Positions 40,207-52,000 of a stretch of 64,000 nucleotides of DNA are shown here, piece by piece. Position 1 is the stretch's first letter. Each line of letters opens with the position of its first letter. The stretch is from Marsupella aquatica (lineage: Eukaryota > Plantae > Marchantiophyta), in contig OZ316897.1 in the NCBI GenBank assembly GCA_973895155.1, forward strand, positions 20,922,260-20,986,259, given 5' to 3'. The notes under the pieces are model-generated. The model was not told the DNA's origin. It was given only the letters and a program-made list of their open reading frames with translations, and searched no databases. The position numbers were made by a program, and so were the translations under genes.

Positions 40207-41837
40207 GGTGTACGTACCGTACCACTGATGTATCCAAAGATGGCTGGCAGAGAACACTATTGAAATTGAATCGGCACCTGATGGATTAGAGAAGTGAACG
40301 TCGTGAGGTTGAGTGGCGAGTATTCTGAAAGTAACCCACATTAATCTTTCTGATCGACGTGTGAGTCGAGTCAAATTGTTCAATTTCTTTGACCGCTGCG
40401 TCGAAATAGTCCGCAACAAAAGTGTTACCTGGGCAAATTAGCTTGCCTCCACAGCATTTCAATACCAGGGAGAAAGAAAATTACAAGTAAACGACATTTA
40501 AGAGGTAAACAATCGGTCAATCGGTCAGCGCGAACAGTGCAAATTAAGGAGATCCAGAACGAGCGACCGTCTTTAAGTGAGCGAAATCCTCACAAAATTA
40601 TCATGAGTTACTCCGGAATACTACTGTCATATATACGGAATCTCTAGAGTTCGTCAGGAGGGACTACTAGGCATTTTGATCTAGTAGGCTAGCGGTTTAC
40701 AAGCGAGACCGAACTTTTCCTGTTTAAAATTCATGGCAGTGCACTCTGGGAGTTTTCTAGCACTGACCGTGGCCCACCTTGGACAACACTGACCGCTTAG
40801 CTGTCATCCCTTCACCTGTTATTGCTTTTCGATCAGCTCCGGACTCCCGAAAGATCAACTGGGTCCCTGATTCGCTCCAATAATATATTACAAAATGCAG
40901 AACAAATATTAGTTCAGTAACTTCAGTAACTGGATATCTCCGACGGTCTTTACGTCAATCTTGTGTGCTCAGATGAAGATAACACCTGGACAATACATGT
41001 AGTGTCACACTCTATCGTTGGTGGGAGCTCTGTCTCGATTGACGATAACGAATCGGTGTTCCCAGTGCGCCAGATCTGGCCGCTATAACAGGGTACCTCT
41101 TTCGAAAAGCGGACCAAGTCATGCAGGCCGGGGCGGCACTAGCTTGAAAAGGAATGGGCGGTTGCGCTAGCTAGGATCAATGCACAACTTGTGGTCCAGG
41201 CAGCTATCGCTAGACAAGAATCCTGCAAATAGTGGCCTGTCCGCAACACGAGACCCTGGATATGTAGTAATACTAACGTCAACTCCCTGTGTACACGTCT
41301 GTCGTACGTACCTCCTTAGGTCTTCCATGACAATCGAATTGTTTGAACGGATTTGACCTACAGAACGCTCCTTCCATTTCGTTCGCCAAGCCTCTGCCTG
41401 ATACTCTCACAAGTAACAAATTAAGTTCGTCCTTGCGATTGGAGCTCGGTAAAGTCTTGAGCTTCACTGAGATCCAAACGGAAAATTAAGAGCTGAGGTT
41501 TCAGACTGAGACCGCTGCATATCACATACCCTTGCTGCCCACCTACAATGAAGATCTATAGGCCGTAGCCCGTTGCAGTTTACCGTCTTACCGCATTCTC
41601 CGTTATTTGGGGTTATAAATGTACTCTTATGCTGACCTCGTGGTCCGTCAAAAGCGATGGCATCTGATGCAATCAATGCCACGAATACAATTTTAGTATC
41701 GATGGGTTTGCCAGACCTAAGGCTCTAATTCACCAGCTCATTTGCCAATTTGCCTTGTTATGGTGCAGTTAGCTTTGGCAATTAAGTCCGTCTATTTTTC
41801 CCGACGTACAGCAATTTATTCTGGGGAATCATCTACA

Positions 41838-42001
41838 TATATCACAATGCCAATAAGACAGGATCGCCGGGAGACATGATACCAAAGGCAAAGGCAAAAG
41901 AACCCAATAAAGGGGGGAAAGAACCCAATAAAGGGGGGAAGGGAAAGACCCCAAGAATACCAAAGAGGGCCATCAGTCAAAGAGTATCCCACAAAAACAA
42001 A
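41838..42001. mobile_element. 164-bp insertion with 7-bp target-site duplication (possible truncated non-LTR retroelement or SINE-like)
   Basis: Absent from copy A; flanked by ATCTACA at 41831-41837 and 42002-42008; A-rich end; internal 2x aaagaacccaataaagggggg. Confidence 0.65.
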
Positions 42002-42127
42002 ATCTACAAGTTTTCATATGCTAGATACTAACTTCCTCTGTAATTTCTCCTTACTATGGTAATTGATTGTAAGTAGTGGAATTCAGTTGACGGAAGTTAG
42101 ACAGTACGCCTGCCAACAATTCGAACT

Positions 42128-42629
42128 GTGGCGCTGTGCACTCACTCGGCTGTGCACAGGGTAGTCTGCATGGTGCTTTATTCTCCGATCTGTATCGTCT
42201 GTCCGTGCCTCGCACACGATGAAATAGATGATGGCAGCAATGCCGTGCCCACTTTCTGGACTGGCGGCATTGTCCCCATCCAAGGCAGACAAACTCTTGT
42301 GACGAATTTGACCCAAGGCTCAGGTAAGGACTACTGTAGTCACTCGTTGTCTAATGTATTTTTTTATGTTCCAAGCGCCCCCCTCCACCCCACAACAAGA
42401 AGAAAAAGTAAAGTCGATTAGCTCTTCTGTTGCTACGCTCAGCTCAGCTCAGCTCATCTCACCTTCTTCTCCAGTCTCCGAGCAATCCAAAGTGGACTCA
42501 GAGAGCAAACCTGAGGAGTTGGATACCGTGACCCAGAGGAATCGAGGGAGGAGGCTTTTGGCGGCAATACAGCATAATATCAGCAGAATCACGGGTGGGT
42601 TAGGAGTTAGGACCCCACTGCCAACGTAA
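42128..42629 (+). pseudogene. Possible degenerate two-exon gene remnant (paralogous region 34125-34620 is frameshifted)
   Basis: Protein-like segments VLYxxIxxVCPCxAHDEIDD and PEELDTVT..ISRITGGLGV occur in both copies, with a conserved CAG|GTAAG; compensating frameshifts in copy A. Confidence 0.25.
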
Positions 42630-44159
42630 CAGGCGTGAGTTCCCTAGGCAAACGAGGAGAGCTAGACACCTTGTAGGGCTGTCCCCGGCCACATTCTAGA
42701 AGTGAAAGCGTTCTCCTCGAATTGTCTTGAGATTAGACTGAGTAGACAGTATTTCTATTTCTGTACTAGGGAATATCTCTACTGTTAATCTCTACTTGGG
42801 ATTGTTTCTGTGCTAGACTCCTCCTGCCCTCCAATGTTCTAGCCCTCAGCCTACGATCGATGAAGAAATTACGCGAGAAGTTGCCACTTACATATGTATA
42901 AGCTTCTGATTTTGCGGTACATGGCACTAACTACAGACTGATCAATTGATGCGAATGTCAGCCTACGAGTAGTCAATTTGTCACGTAAGCAGAGAGGTCC
43001 ATCATGTTGGTGATAACAAGTTTCCTACTCGAAAAGTCTCGTTCAGAAAAGGACTTCCGAAAATTGAGTCTTGTTTCACTTTCCGTAAGGTCGGTCGGTA
43101 ATCATCGATGAAACAGTGACAAGCCACTATTACCAACGGTCACCGTCGTTTGTGGGTGAAGTAACTTAAATGACTTCTGAGTTGGATATGTAAATCCACC
43201 TCTTACAGTCCTTGCGTCTTCAAATCTAAACAATGTGTAATGATATCTCACTTTTTCTTCAGTGTACCATGTAATCTCACTTTTTCTTCCCACGGCCCGT
43301 TTACTATATGTCAGTCTAACCCGAGGCCTCCCTAGCTACAGCCCAGCCCTGCAAGTAGTGCCTGGCCTGGAATCGATCTTCACAAACTTACTCCTACTAT
43401 ACATAATCTGGAAACTGGAACATAATGGCTTCCCGTATCTTAGTGTCTACTCCTATGGTGGTCCAGGCCTGATCAAAATGGAGGGTTGTTGTACGTCTTT
43501 CGGGGAACAGTTTATCAGTCAGATTTGAGTGCGGTCCATCCTGCAACGATGCTGCCAAATCAATGATATCGCTCTGTCACACTGGACTTGATTATGTGAC
43601 ACTAAGGCGCGTACACTAGACGTTTGGATCTTCTTAACTTGTCGTTCGCAATTTGCCATGATATAATACCTTCGGGAGCCAGACTCGTGGTGGGATCATG
43701 GTGGGATTAAAGATTAAACTACCACGACAGGAAACAGGGATGTTGGTAATGGGAAAAATGAGCGGAGCAGACAGGAAATGTTGTGCTCACCAAAAAAAAA
43801 GTATACAATTTTGGAGACACAAGTACCCAATGATTGTAAATGATACACCTTTTTAGTTTATCAGAAAACCCTTCATTAATCGGAAAAGGTTACGGGCCAT
43901 ATCTAAACTTCCATGACATGTCTTCGCATTAGTTGGCAGGGTTACCTTTCTGAAGCGACAGAATACCAAACACTTGTTGAATGAATACAAGGTTAACGCA
44001 ATGACTTCCTATAAACCATATATATTCTGTTCCCCTAAAATGTGATGCAGTTCTCCAAAATTGGTTGGCTTAGCAGGATCTAATCCAAGAGATCAAGCTT
44101 GAAAACAGATTTGTACGTATATCTAGTACAATTGCTTGCAGAGCATGAAAGGCCCTCCT

Positions 44160-44445
44160 CTCAGGGGTCTCACTGTATATGGAGACCTCTCCCATCACCT
44201 ACAACATTTTTGGGGCCTATGTGATAAATCCTAAAACTTCAAAAAACACGTTAGTCTTGGAGTATTCTTAAAATTGAGTTTTGAAATACTGTCCTTTCTT
44301 GTCTCAAAATTGGATTCAAATGGCCTAGCTAGCTTCATGTTCTTACACATAAAATTTCAGGTGGACAGGTCCCTTACAACCCATAAATTCACCTTCTGTT
44401 TTGTAGCACATCATGTGCCATGTTTGCGGAAGTGAAACCCCTGAG
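44160..44445 (-). mobile_element. MITE (286 bp), diverged copy
   Basis: TIRs ctcaggggtctcac / gtgaaacccctgag; flanks gccctcct / gccatact. Confidence 0.8.
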
Positions 44446-45860
44446 GCCATACTCAAGAATATCTGCAATAAAAACACTCACAAGAACAAGGGGAAGATGC
44501 ATATCTCGACCCAATCAGTATTCACTGTCCTGAGATGTGCATGTGTTTGAATCTTGATTTTTTTCCCGTAAGAGATGCGAGAGGGAACATCCAATTCTGC
44601 AACCAATGTCATTGTTTCTTTCTAAACAGATTCAATTCTCTTATGATGTCCTTGACTGAGATTTGATCTTGAGATTATTGTGCGCCCAAGCTTGGTTTCA
44701 TGAAATGAATGTTAACCTGTCCCAAGTTGATATTTTCAGGGAATCAGAATGTTAATTCTAAGCTCAAAAGTAGAGGGGAACTCTGGACACTGTGCAATCC
44801 TTTCAAAAAAGGCACATTCTTTTCTTCAAGGGATGTTAACTCCAAGTCTGAATCATTTGTGCCTTTAGGTACAAGCAATAAGTCTGGGGATGGACGAGGG
44901 GAAAGTTGAAGGTCACTATGCATGACTTGGCACAATGAAACAATTCTTGAAACAGGTGGTATTGAGGCACAACCACACAAATTTAGCATGAGGTTTGTTG
45001 AGCAAAGATGACATTCATAGCAACAAGTCCAAGATCACCCAACTCACAAGTAGTTGACACAAAGAGATATGTGATTCACCTCAGCTGAGGTTACGTCCAA
45101 TCATGGGAAGTAACACACTAGAGCTTTACTCCACTCTAGACCCGTCAGCCATTTTGAGTCTCTGCAATTATACAAGTTCTCCCAATTTGTCACCTAGCTC
45201 CGTAACAATGAGCTTGAGTACCTCCTATCCAAGAAAATATTGCTCAAGTGGAGATATAGTGTGCAACATGACAAACTTAACCGAGCCTGCAACTAAGGTT
45301 AGCTCTTACTACGGTTACAATCGAAACTCCTAGACCTAAGACTAAATGCCTAACAAGATTTGCCTCTAAATAAGCAATGCCATTTGACAACAATTCTCAC
45401 AACACCCACATTGAAAAGATATTCAACTTCTTAATATGATTGTGACATTGATCTTGATCAAACCTTCCGCACAACATCTTGTTGCATTGTGGTCCTGCCC
45501 AATGTCTCCAAATTTGTCAAAGATGCCAAGACCCTGGTTTAACGTCCCGTGTAACGCTCACCTCTAAAAGCGAGGTGTCTAGGAGAGTGGATCAGAGGAA
45601 TGCTTAATAAGCACTTTGTGGAGCTGAATGTGAAAGATCATGTTGCTTTCCGCCAAGGTGGTGTGTCACATATATAATTAATCAGTCCTCTATCACTTTC
45701 AGACCTATATATTACTATACTTGTACTAAGAATTAATTCCAACTAAGTAAGGGAATGTGTGCAAACTTAGTGGAGTTCAGATTCTTTGAGTGCATTGTGA
45801 TCAGAAGGGTATCATGTCCTCTTGGAGACATTCTCATTTGCAGGTCCCTTTTGTTTCGTA

Positions 45861-46156
45861 CTCGGGGGTCTCATTATATGGGGACCTCCCCATTGCCTGC
45901 GACGTGTTTAGGCCTCGGACCCCCTAAAATGTAAGAATTTTTTTTAATTTTTTAACCCTATAAAGTTGGAATATTCTTGGAATATTCTAAAAATTGGATT
46001 AAAAAGACCCTAATGTTCTTATAAGTCTCAAAATTGAATTTAAAAGACCCTATTGTTCTTCTACAAAAATTCTTAAGTCTTCACTTAGAACCAATAAAAT
46101 GACCCTATCTTTCGTCGCACGTGATATGTTATTTTTGTGGAAGTGAAACCCCCGAG
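45861..46156 (-). mobile_element. MITE (296 bp) with perfect 8-bp TSD
   Basis: TIRs ctcgggggtctca / tgaaacccccgag (12/13 match); TSD GTTTCGTA at 45853-45860 and 46157-46164. Confidence 0.92.
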
Positions 46157-47915
46157 GTTTCGTACATATTGTCAAAACAAATCTTCATTTAATGCACTAA
46201 TCCTCTTTGTCACATTGTATAGGCTGGAGCATATGCTTCTTTGAACAAGCTTGAGGACCCTGCCTGGTCTGTCAAACAAAATGTCAAATGATTCCCACAT
46301 GGTTGGACCTCTACCTCTGTTTAGTCCTATTTGATATGCAATACATACTTAGGCAACAATTTATGACAGTGCTCCATTCTGGTCCATCTTGCAACCTTTG
46401 AAGACTAAGGGAAAACAATGCTTCATGTGCCATGCTTTCATGATGGCATGAGCAGACTCAGATCCTGTGCAATTAGGAATCATATATAGACTGACCCTTT
46501 CTGCGCAGGTTTGCTCTGCTAAAGATGAAATTTTAGATATTCAATACCATTTGCTATCTACACCTTGATGTTACTCACTGAAAATACTCATTGCTACTCC
46601 CCTTGCTAGTTAAAGCTACTGCTTGCTGCTAGAACTTGATGTTCAATGCTGCTACTGCTCAATGTTGCTTATGCTACTCCTGCTGTGATTTGCCCTGTTG
46701 TTGCTGGATCGATGCTCCTGGATGCCAAAACAAAAACATGATTGGTGACTTAGGTTTTTACAGTCCCAAAGTTTGTTTTGTTGTTTTGCCCTCTAAAGTA
46801 GTCTTGTGTATTTTACTGCCACGGGCCAAAAATTATCACATGTGTCATGAGTATACCTGCTTTTCACCCTGTGAAGCTAGTCATCCTGTAATCATTCATT
46901 TGCGGATTCACATAGAAAAAAGGACTGGTGTAGATTACAAGGAGTCAAGGGGGAGATTTTTAGGCATTATTTTACTCTTTGGTCTACTAGCAAAGTTACA
47001 ACTATTCCTGTAGTTAAGGTTAACCTTAGTTGCAAACTTGGTTAAGTTAGCCATGCCACACACTACATCCCAAATGGTGTTTGCTTGGATAGGAGGAGCT
47101 TAGGCTCATTGTGACGGAGCCAATTAAGAGATAAAGAGAGCTTGTATTGTGGAGACTCAATATGGCTAACAGACCTAGAGTGAAGTAAAGTTGTCATGTG
47201 TTTGCATGAAGGTAACCTCAGCTTAGGTGAACTACATATATCTCTTAATTGTGTCAACTGTTTGTGTGTTAGATGATCATGGGCTTGTCATTGGGAATGT
47301 TGTCTTTGCTCAACAAGATGAAACTTGAATGTACCTTCACTCAATAATTTTTTTGGTTAATATTGTTTAAATCCCAAAATTAAAGAGTTGAATATACTCA
47401 TTTTGGAGTTTCATAAGGATTTATGGTGGACAATGGACTATTAAACAAATGGAGGGCTCATATATCAGTCTTGTAATTTTAGGGTTTATATCTCAAAGTG
47501 TGCACATAAGGATGTCTTACAAGAAGTAGTGGGTCCATTGTCTTGTTTTTATTCTGGACCATCCAATGGGCAGAAACTTGTGTTTACAAGAACTAAGGGG
47601 CAATTGAAGAGTGGTGTCTATAGTTTGGACATGGCAAGTAGTCGCCCAAAGTACATTACAAAGCACATGCTATCATGGAGTACTAAGTTTGTCTAAATGT
47701 TTTTACCACATCTATATAACTATTCACCATGAGAAGCTAGAATTGGGGTCTAGGCTTCTAAAGTGAAGGGTTTAGGGTAAATTCTCAGCCTCCACAATCA
47801 TGACTCTAAGGCCCCACCACAACTTATGAAAAGAGTATGTGATATTGTGTATGTCAAATGATGATCAGGCATGATAATTTTTGTCATTAGTTCTATGAAG
47901 AATGAACATTCAGGC

Positions 47916-47975
47916 CTGTCCCCAAAGGAATCCAAACATTTCCAACTGTCCCCAAAGGAATCCAAACATTTCCAA
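47916..47975. repeat. Tandem duplication, 2 x 30 bp
   Basis: ctgtccccaaaggaatccaaacatttccaa twice. Confidence 0.9.
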
Positions 47976-49073
47976 ACTTTGGCTCCTTCGTTCAACTCTA
48001 TTTGTATTTATCTCAACTTCATTTCAATTATTTGTTAGTCTCTAGTCTACCTTTAATAACTTCATTTCAAATTTCTAGTCTATCTTTACAGCACGAAGAT
48101 ACTCTCGAGTTTGCTTTGGGGAACAAATGTCACAAGAGCCCCATGCTTCTAGCAAGCCGACCCAACTTCAGAACATGCTCAAATCTGTGCTCTCGCTGCT
48201 CCACACAAATTGGACTACGACTCAATTTGAAAACCGAGGGTCAGCCATTACCACGTTGGGAGCACAGAACAAATTGAGGCGTGTCCAAAGTGCTGTAATA
48301 CAGTGCATCCTACAAATCATACACAAGATTGAAACCTTGGAGAACATCGTAATGCAGGGTATGTGCGCTGCCGTGTCTTCACTTAACGCTGGCCAGAGCC
48401 TAAATATGTGAGCAAACAAAATCTTGGTAAAACGACTCCAATTCTGCGCGTTTTACCTTAATCAATTCGACTGTGAGCATTTTCTTGGGCCACAGTAGAA
48501 CTGCTTGGATACAGGCATGGAAAATCAGACGAAGCTTCAAGTAAAAATCAACTATTCCTGCTATCCTCCGCTCTTTGCGCTACGCTCTGTATCTTTCTTG
48601 CCAGATCACAACATACAGGGTGGTCTAGATGCTTTCATAGAACTACGAATTACTGTAAGTAGTCTTCTGAAGGCTGACATAATGCCGAACACCCACGGTT
48701 GCTAGCTATGCTAATAACAAATTACAATACCTCAATTTTCCAATTTTGGGCACGATCCGCCATCCTGCAAATTGTCCTTATCCGTGTAAAACGGACACGA
48801 CAACAATGCCTATGATATATGTGATATCCTCATGCCCATTCTCAAGTAAGCCAGATGACCCCGGTCAGAACTTTCCCTTTTTCCAGCTCCTTATGCTATC
48901 TACACCGCACCACGATGACTAGAATGACTCCTGCAAAACTTTCCTATTGTCCCTCTTCGTCTACGTTTTTTCCTTTGAATTTTTTCTTTCCTTCTTTGTC
49001 AAAATAGTTATAGCCTGACCCTAATTGCAAAAAGTAGTCTGTATCGAGACCGTTGTGACAGAGTGACAGAGCA

Positions 49074-52000
49074 TCAGGCCTTGTGCAAATTAGCAAATTT
49101 TTCATACGCATTAAAGGTCATGGATATGACTGCCCATAGGAGCACCGCGTACACCCATTTGTCTCCACCAAATGGCGATGCATGGGTATTAACTTCAGGG
49201 AAACTCTTCAATGGTCCATAGGTGGAGAGAATCCTGGCTTTCAACACTCTGCAGCCAATTAAAACCATGTTAGGCACGTATCACCTCGAAGAGTAGTACT
49301 AGAAGATTCATATGATAAAGGTACTTCTCAAACTGAGGGAGTGAAGACTTCCAAAAGAAAAATGAGGGACAAAATTGAAACTCATCTGTCAACTTGTTGC
49401 AAGAAGTATAAACTCAAGGAAGGTATCGATTGTACCTCCTGGAGGAGTAAACCAGAGTTGCAGGTATGATGAACATAATACAGCATCCTGCAAAGCCTCC
49501 TGTAAAGCCTACTAATTCATCCACCGAGAATCCCAAATGCTGCCATCCAAATTTCGCTCAATCTCAATTAACATATGCAAGCTCTTAATAGGACAACACA
49601 GTTCTTGGTAATATCTAGCAAATCGTCAGTAGACGACTACCTCACTATTCTCCTCTTTCTCGGCTCCTATAGCATGGTTTACTTCCTGTTGAAGCGAACA
49701 CTCTACTAGAAAGCAATCTAGTTCAATCGGCAACAATTGGTGGCTTATGGGTCTTACTCGCAAACGCATGTAATTGTTGCGAACAATGGCTATTGATTCA
49801 AGAAACGAAGCATGAAGGAAAGTAGTGAGTTTAAGGCTCAGTAGCTCGTACCTGTGCCACGAAGGCACACAATATTGTAGGCACAACCGCGACGAGGGTG
49901 AGGACCGTGCGCCGCTGCAATGCCCGCTCTGGTTCTCGAACCCTTCTGGGTGCCACCCTAGCTAGTGCCCACGCCGATGTAAGGAAGAGAATGTTAGATA
50001 CCAGACCGATACAAATCAACTGCAACTAGACGACAAGGTAAGAAAGAACAATTTACCACAAAAACTTGAATTTGGTCGATGCACCTAAATGTCATCATGA
50101 CTCAAGCGAGAGCTCCAAGAAACATGGAGAAAGGAAAGGTGTGCATTAAAATAACCTTTGTGAATAAGCTGAAATAGATTGTCGAGATTGTTTCGAAGAG
50201 TGATGAGGAGCATTGGGTAATTCGATGAGAGCGTAAACACTGCAAAGCAGCAGCAACAATGCAATTGATTAGTGCCAATTCAGTCCACGAGACCGTTATC
50301 ATTTCTCACAATATGAAACAACACGCAGGACGTTCCAGGATGTTTTGTCAGGCTTCTTCTGGAGATCTTTTTCCATATTGAGCGTGTGTAGATCAGTAGA
50401 AGCTAGAGCCAAGACGCATTACAACCTGTGCAGTGGGTATTTTCTGGTACTTGTTGATGCCCAGAGATGTGAAGAAAAACGATTCTTAGTTATAGGCATC
50501 TTACCTGGAAAGAGAATGAGGGCATCTCCGACGTATCCGTATGCTATAGTTCGTCAAGGAAAGTAGCATCGATTGCTATGATTCATTTCAAGTGCAAAGA
50601 GTACTGTGGTGGTTTTGAACTTTTTCTTTCCATTTTTCTTCCACTGGAATTTTTACTTCAGCACCCAACCTTTATGTTATTTTTAAACTGGATAAGCTAG
50701 ATGGTCTGCTCACGCGAAGACGACAGGTAGTCAATGGAGCAGAATAGATACATCGCAGAAAATTCACTCCTCCAAATCCCAAGGTTTGATCTATCCAAAT
50801 ATGCATAAGGCGGCTTAAAACTCTGGATTCAAGAGAAAAATGAAACACTAGCTTCTTCTGTCAGCTAATTCAATCACCAACGCGTATATACATCTCCGGT
50901 TGGATACTGTTAGCGGGAAAGTTGAAAGTGATGGGATCGAGTACATTCATCCCTGCCAATATATCCGAGAAAAGAACAGTTTAGAAAAGATACTAAAGTT
51001 TACCTTTTGCAATTGAATTGAAGATGAAAATATCAGCGATATATAATACGGAAGAGTCAAGAAGGGAAGCTGATTAACGGGCATACCAAACGCAAATAGG
51101 CATGCGACGAACAGCAGGATGTATATTATCAACACGAGCGCGAAAGCGATTGAAGTCAGCTTGATGAGACGTGATTTGTCCTTCATTGGCGTGATAATGC
51201 TCGGCAAACTACAAAACCCAGAAACGAAGTCCACATCATCTGAACGAATGTTAATAACAGTACCCAGTGTTTTGCTAAGACTACCCAAGTAAAGAACGAA
51301 ACTGAAAAGCCTACCGAGTTCTAGAGTTAAACTAAAAAGTTCCATCCACCTGCACATTCCAAAATCTAGAACCAAAGGACAGCCCCGTTTAGATTTTAAG
51401 CACTGTTACACGCACCTGTGATGACACATGAATGAGTACACTGCACCTCCAAATAAGTTTGGTAAAGATCTGAATCAATTGAAACAACGGGTCACACACT
51501 AGTTTATCAATCCAACTGCCTGCCTCGCGTCCTTGGTGTTTACAAGCGCCGGGAATCAACTACCAGCATGAAGCTTGCTGTGCAGAGAATTTGTGGATAA
51601 GACAAAACATAGAAGACATAAATGACCATTGGAACAATAACTTATCGTTGATGTGCAGTTCTTCCAAACCTCTAAAGGTTGTAGGAACCTCAGAATCTTA
51701 CTACGAGGCACAAAATGTCCTTACCTAATATCGAAAAGTGGTACCTCCCGTATCTTGTTTTCCCCTTTCAGAGCCTCTCGGAATGCCAAAACAATTATTC
51801 TGAGCAGGAAACAGCAGATTAAAATTAGGATAGGTCTGACATGTATATATACAATTTGTGCTGTTCTGATCGAACACCTACTTGACAACACGACTCTGTT
51901 TCCCCTGTCTTTCAGACAAACACCGCCCACTACCCACTATAGTCTCGTTTAGATCTCGAAAATCTACCCATCAGTGGTTCATCTGCTTGCGCTTCCAATT

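Larger units (their letters stand above)
39675..43691 (+). repeat. Segmental duplication, copy B
   Basis: Colinear with copy A at roughly 80% identity by eye; lacks 35314-36670 of A and has private insertions near 40870-41010 and 41838-42001. Confidence 0.95.

Noticed and set aside
44560-47300. Decayed coding-like stretches that might be transposon remnants
   Set aside because: Only short interrupted frames, with no RT, integrase or transposase motif that I could identify.
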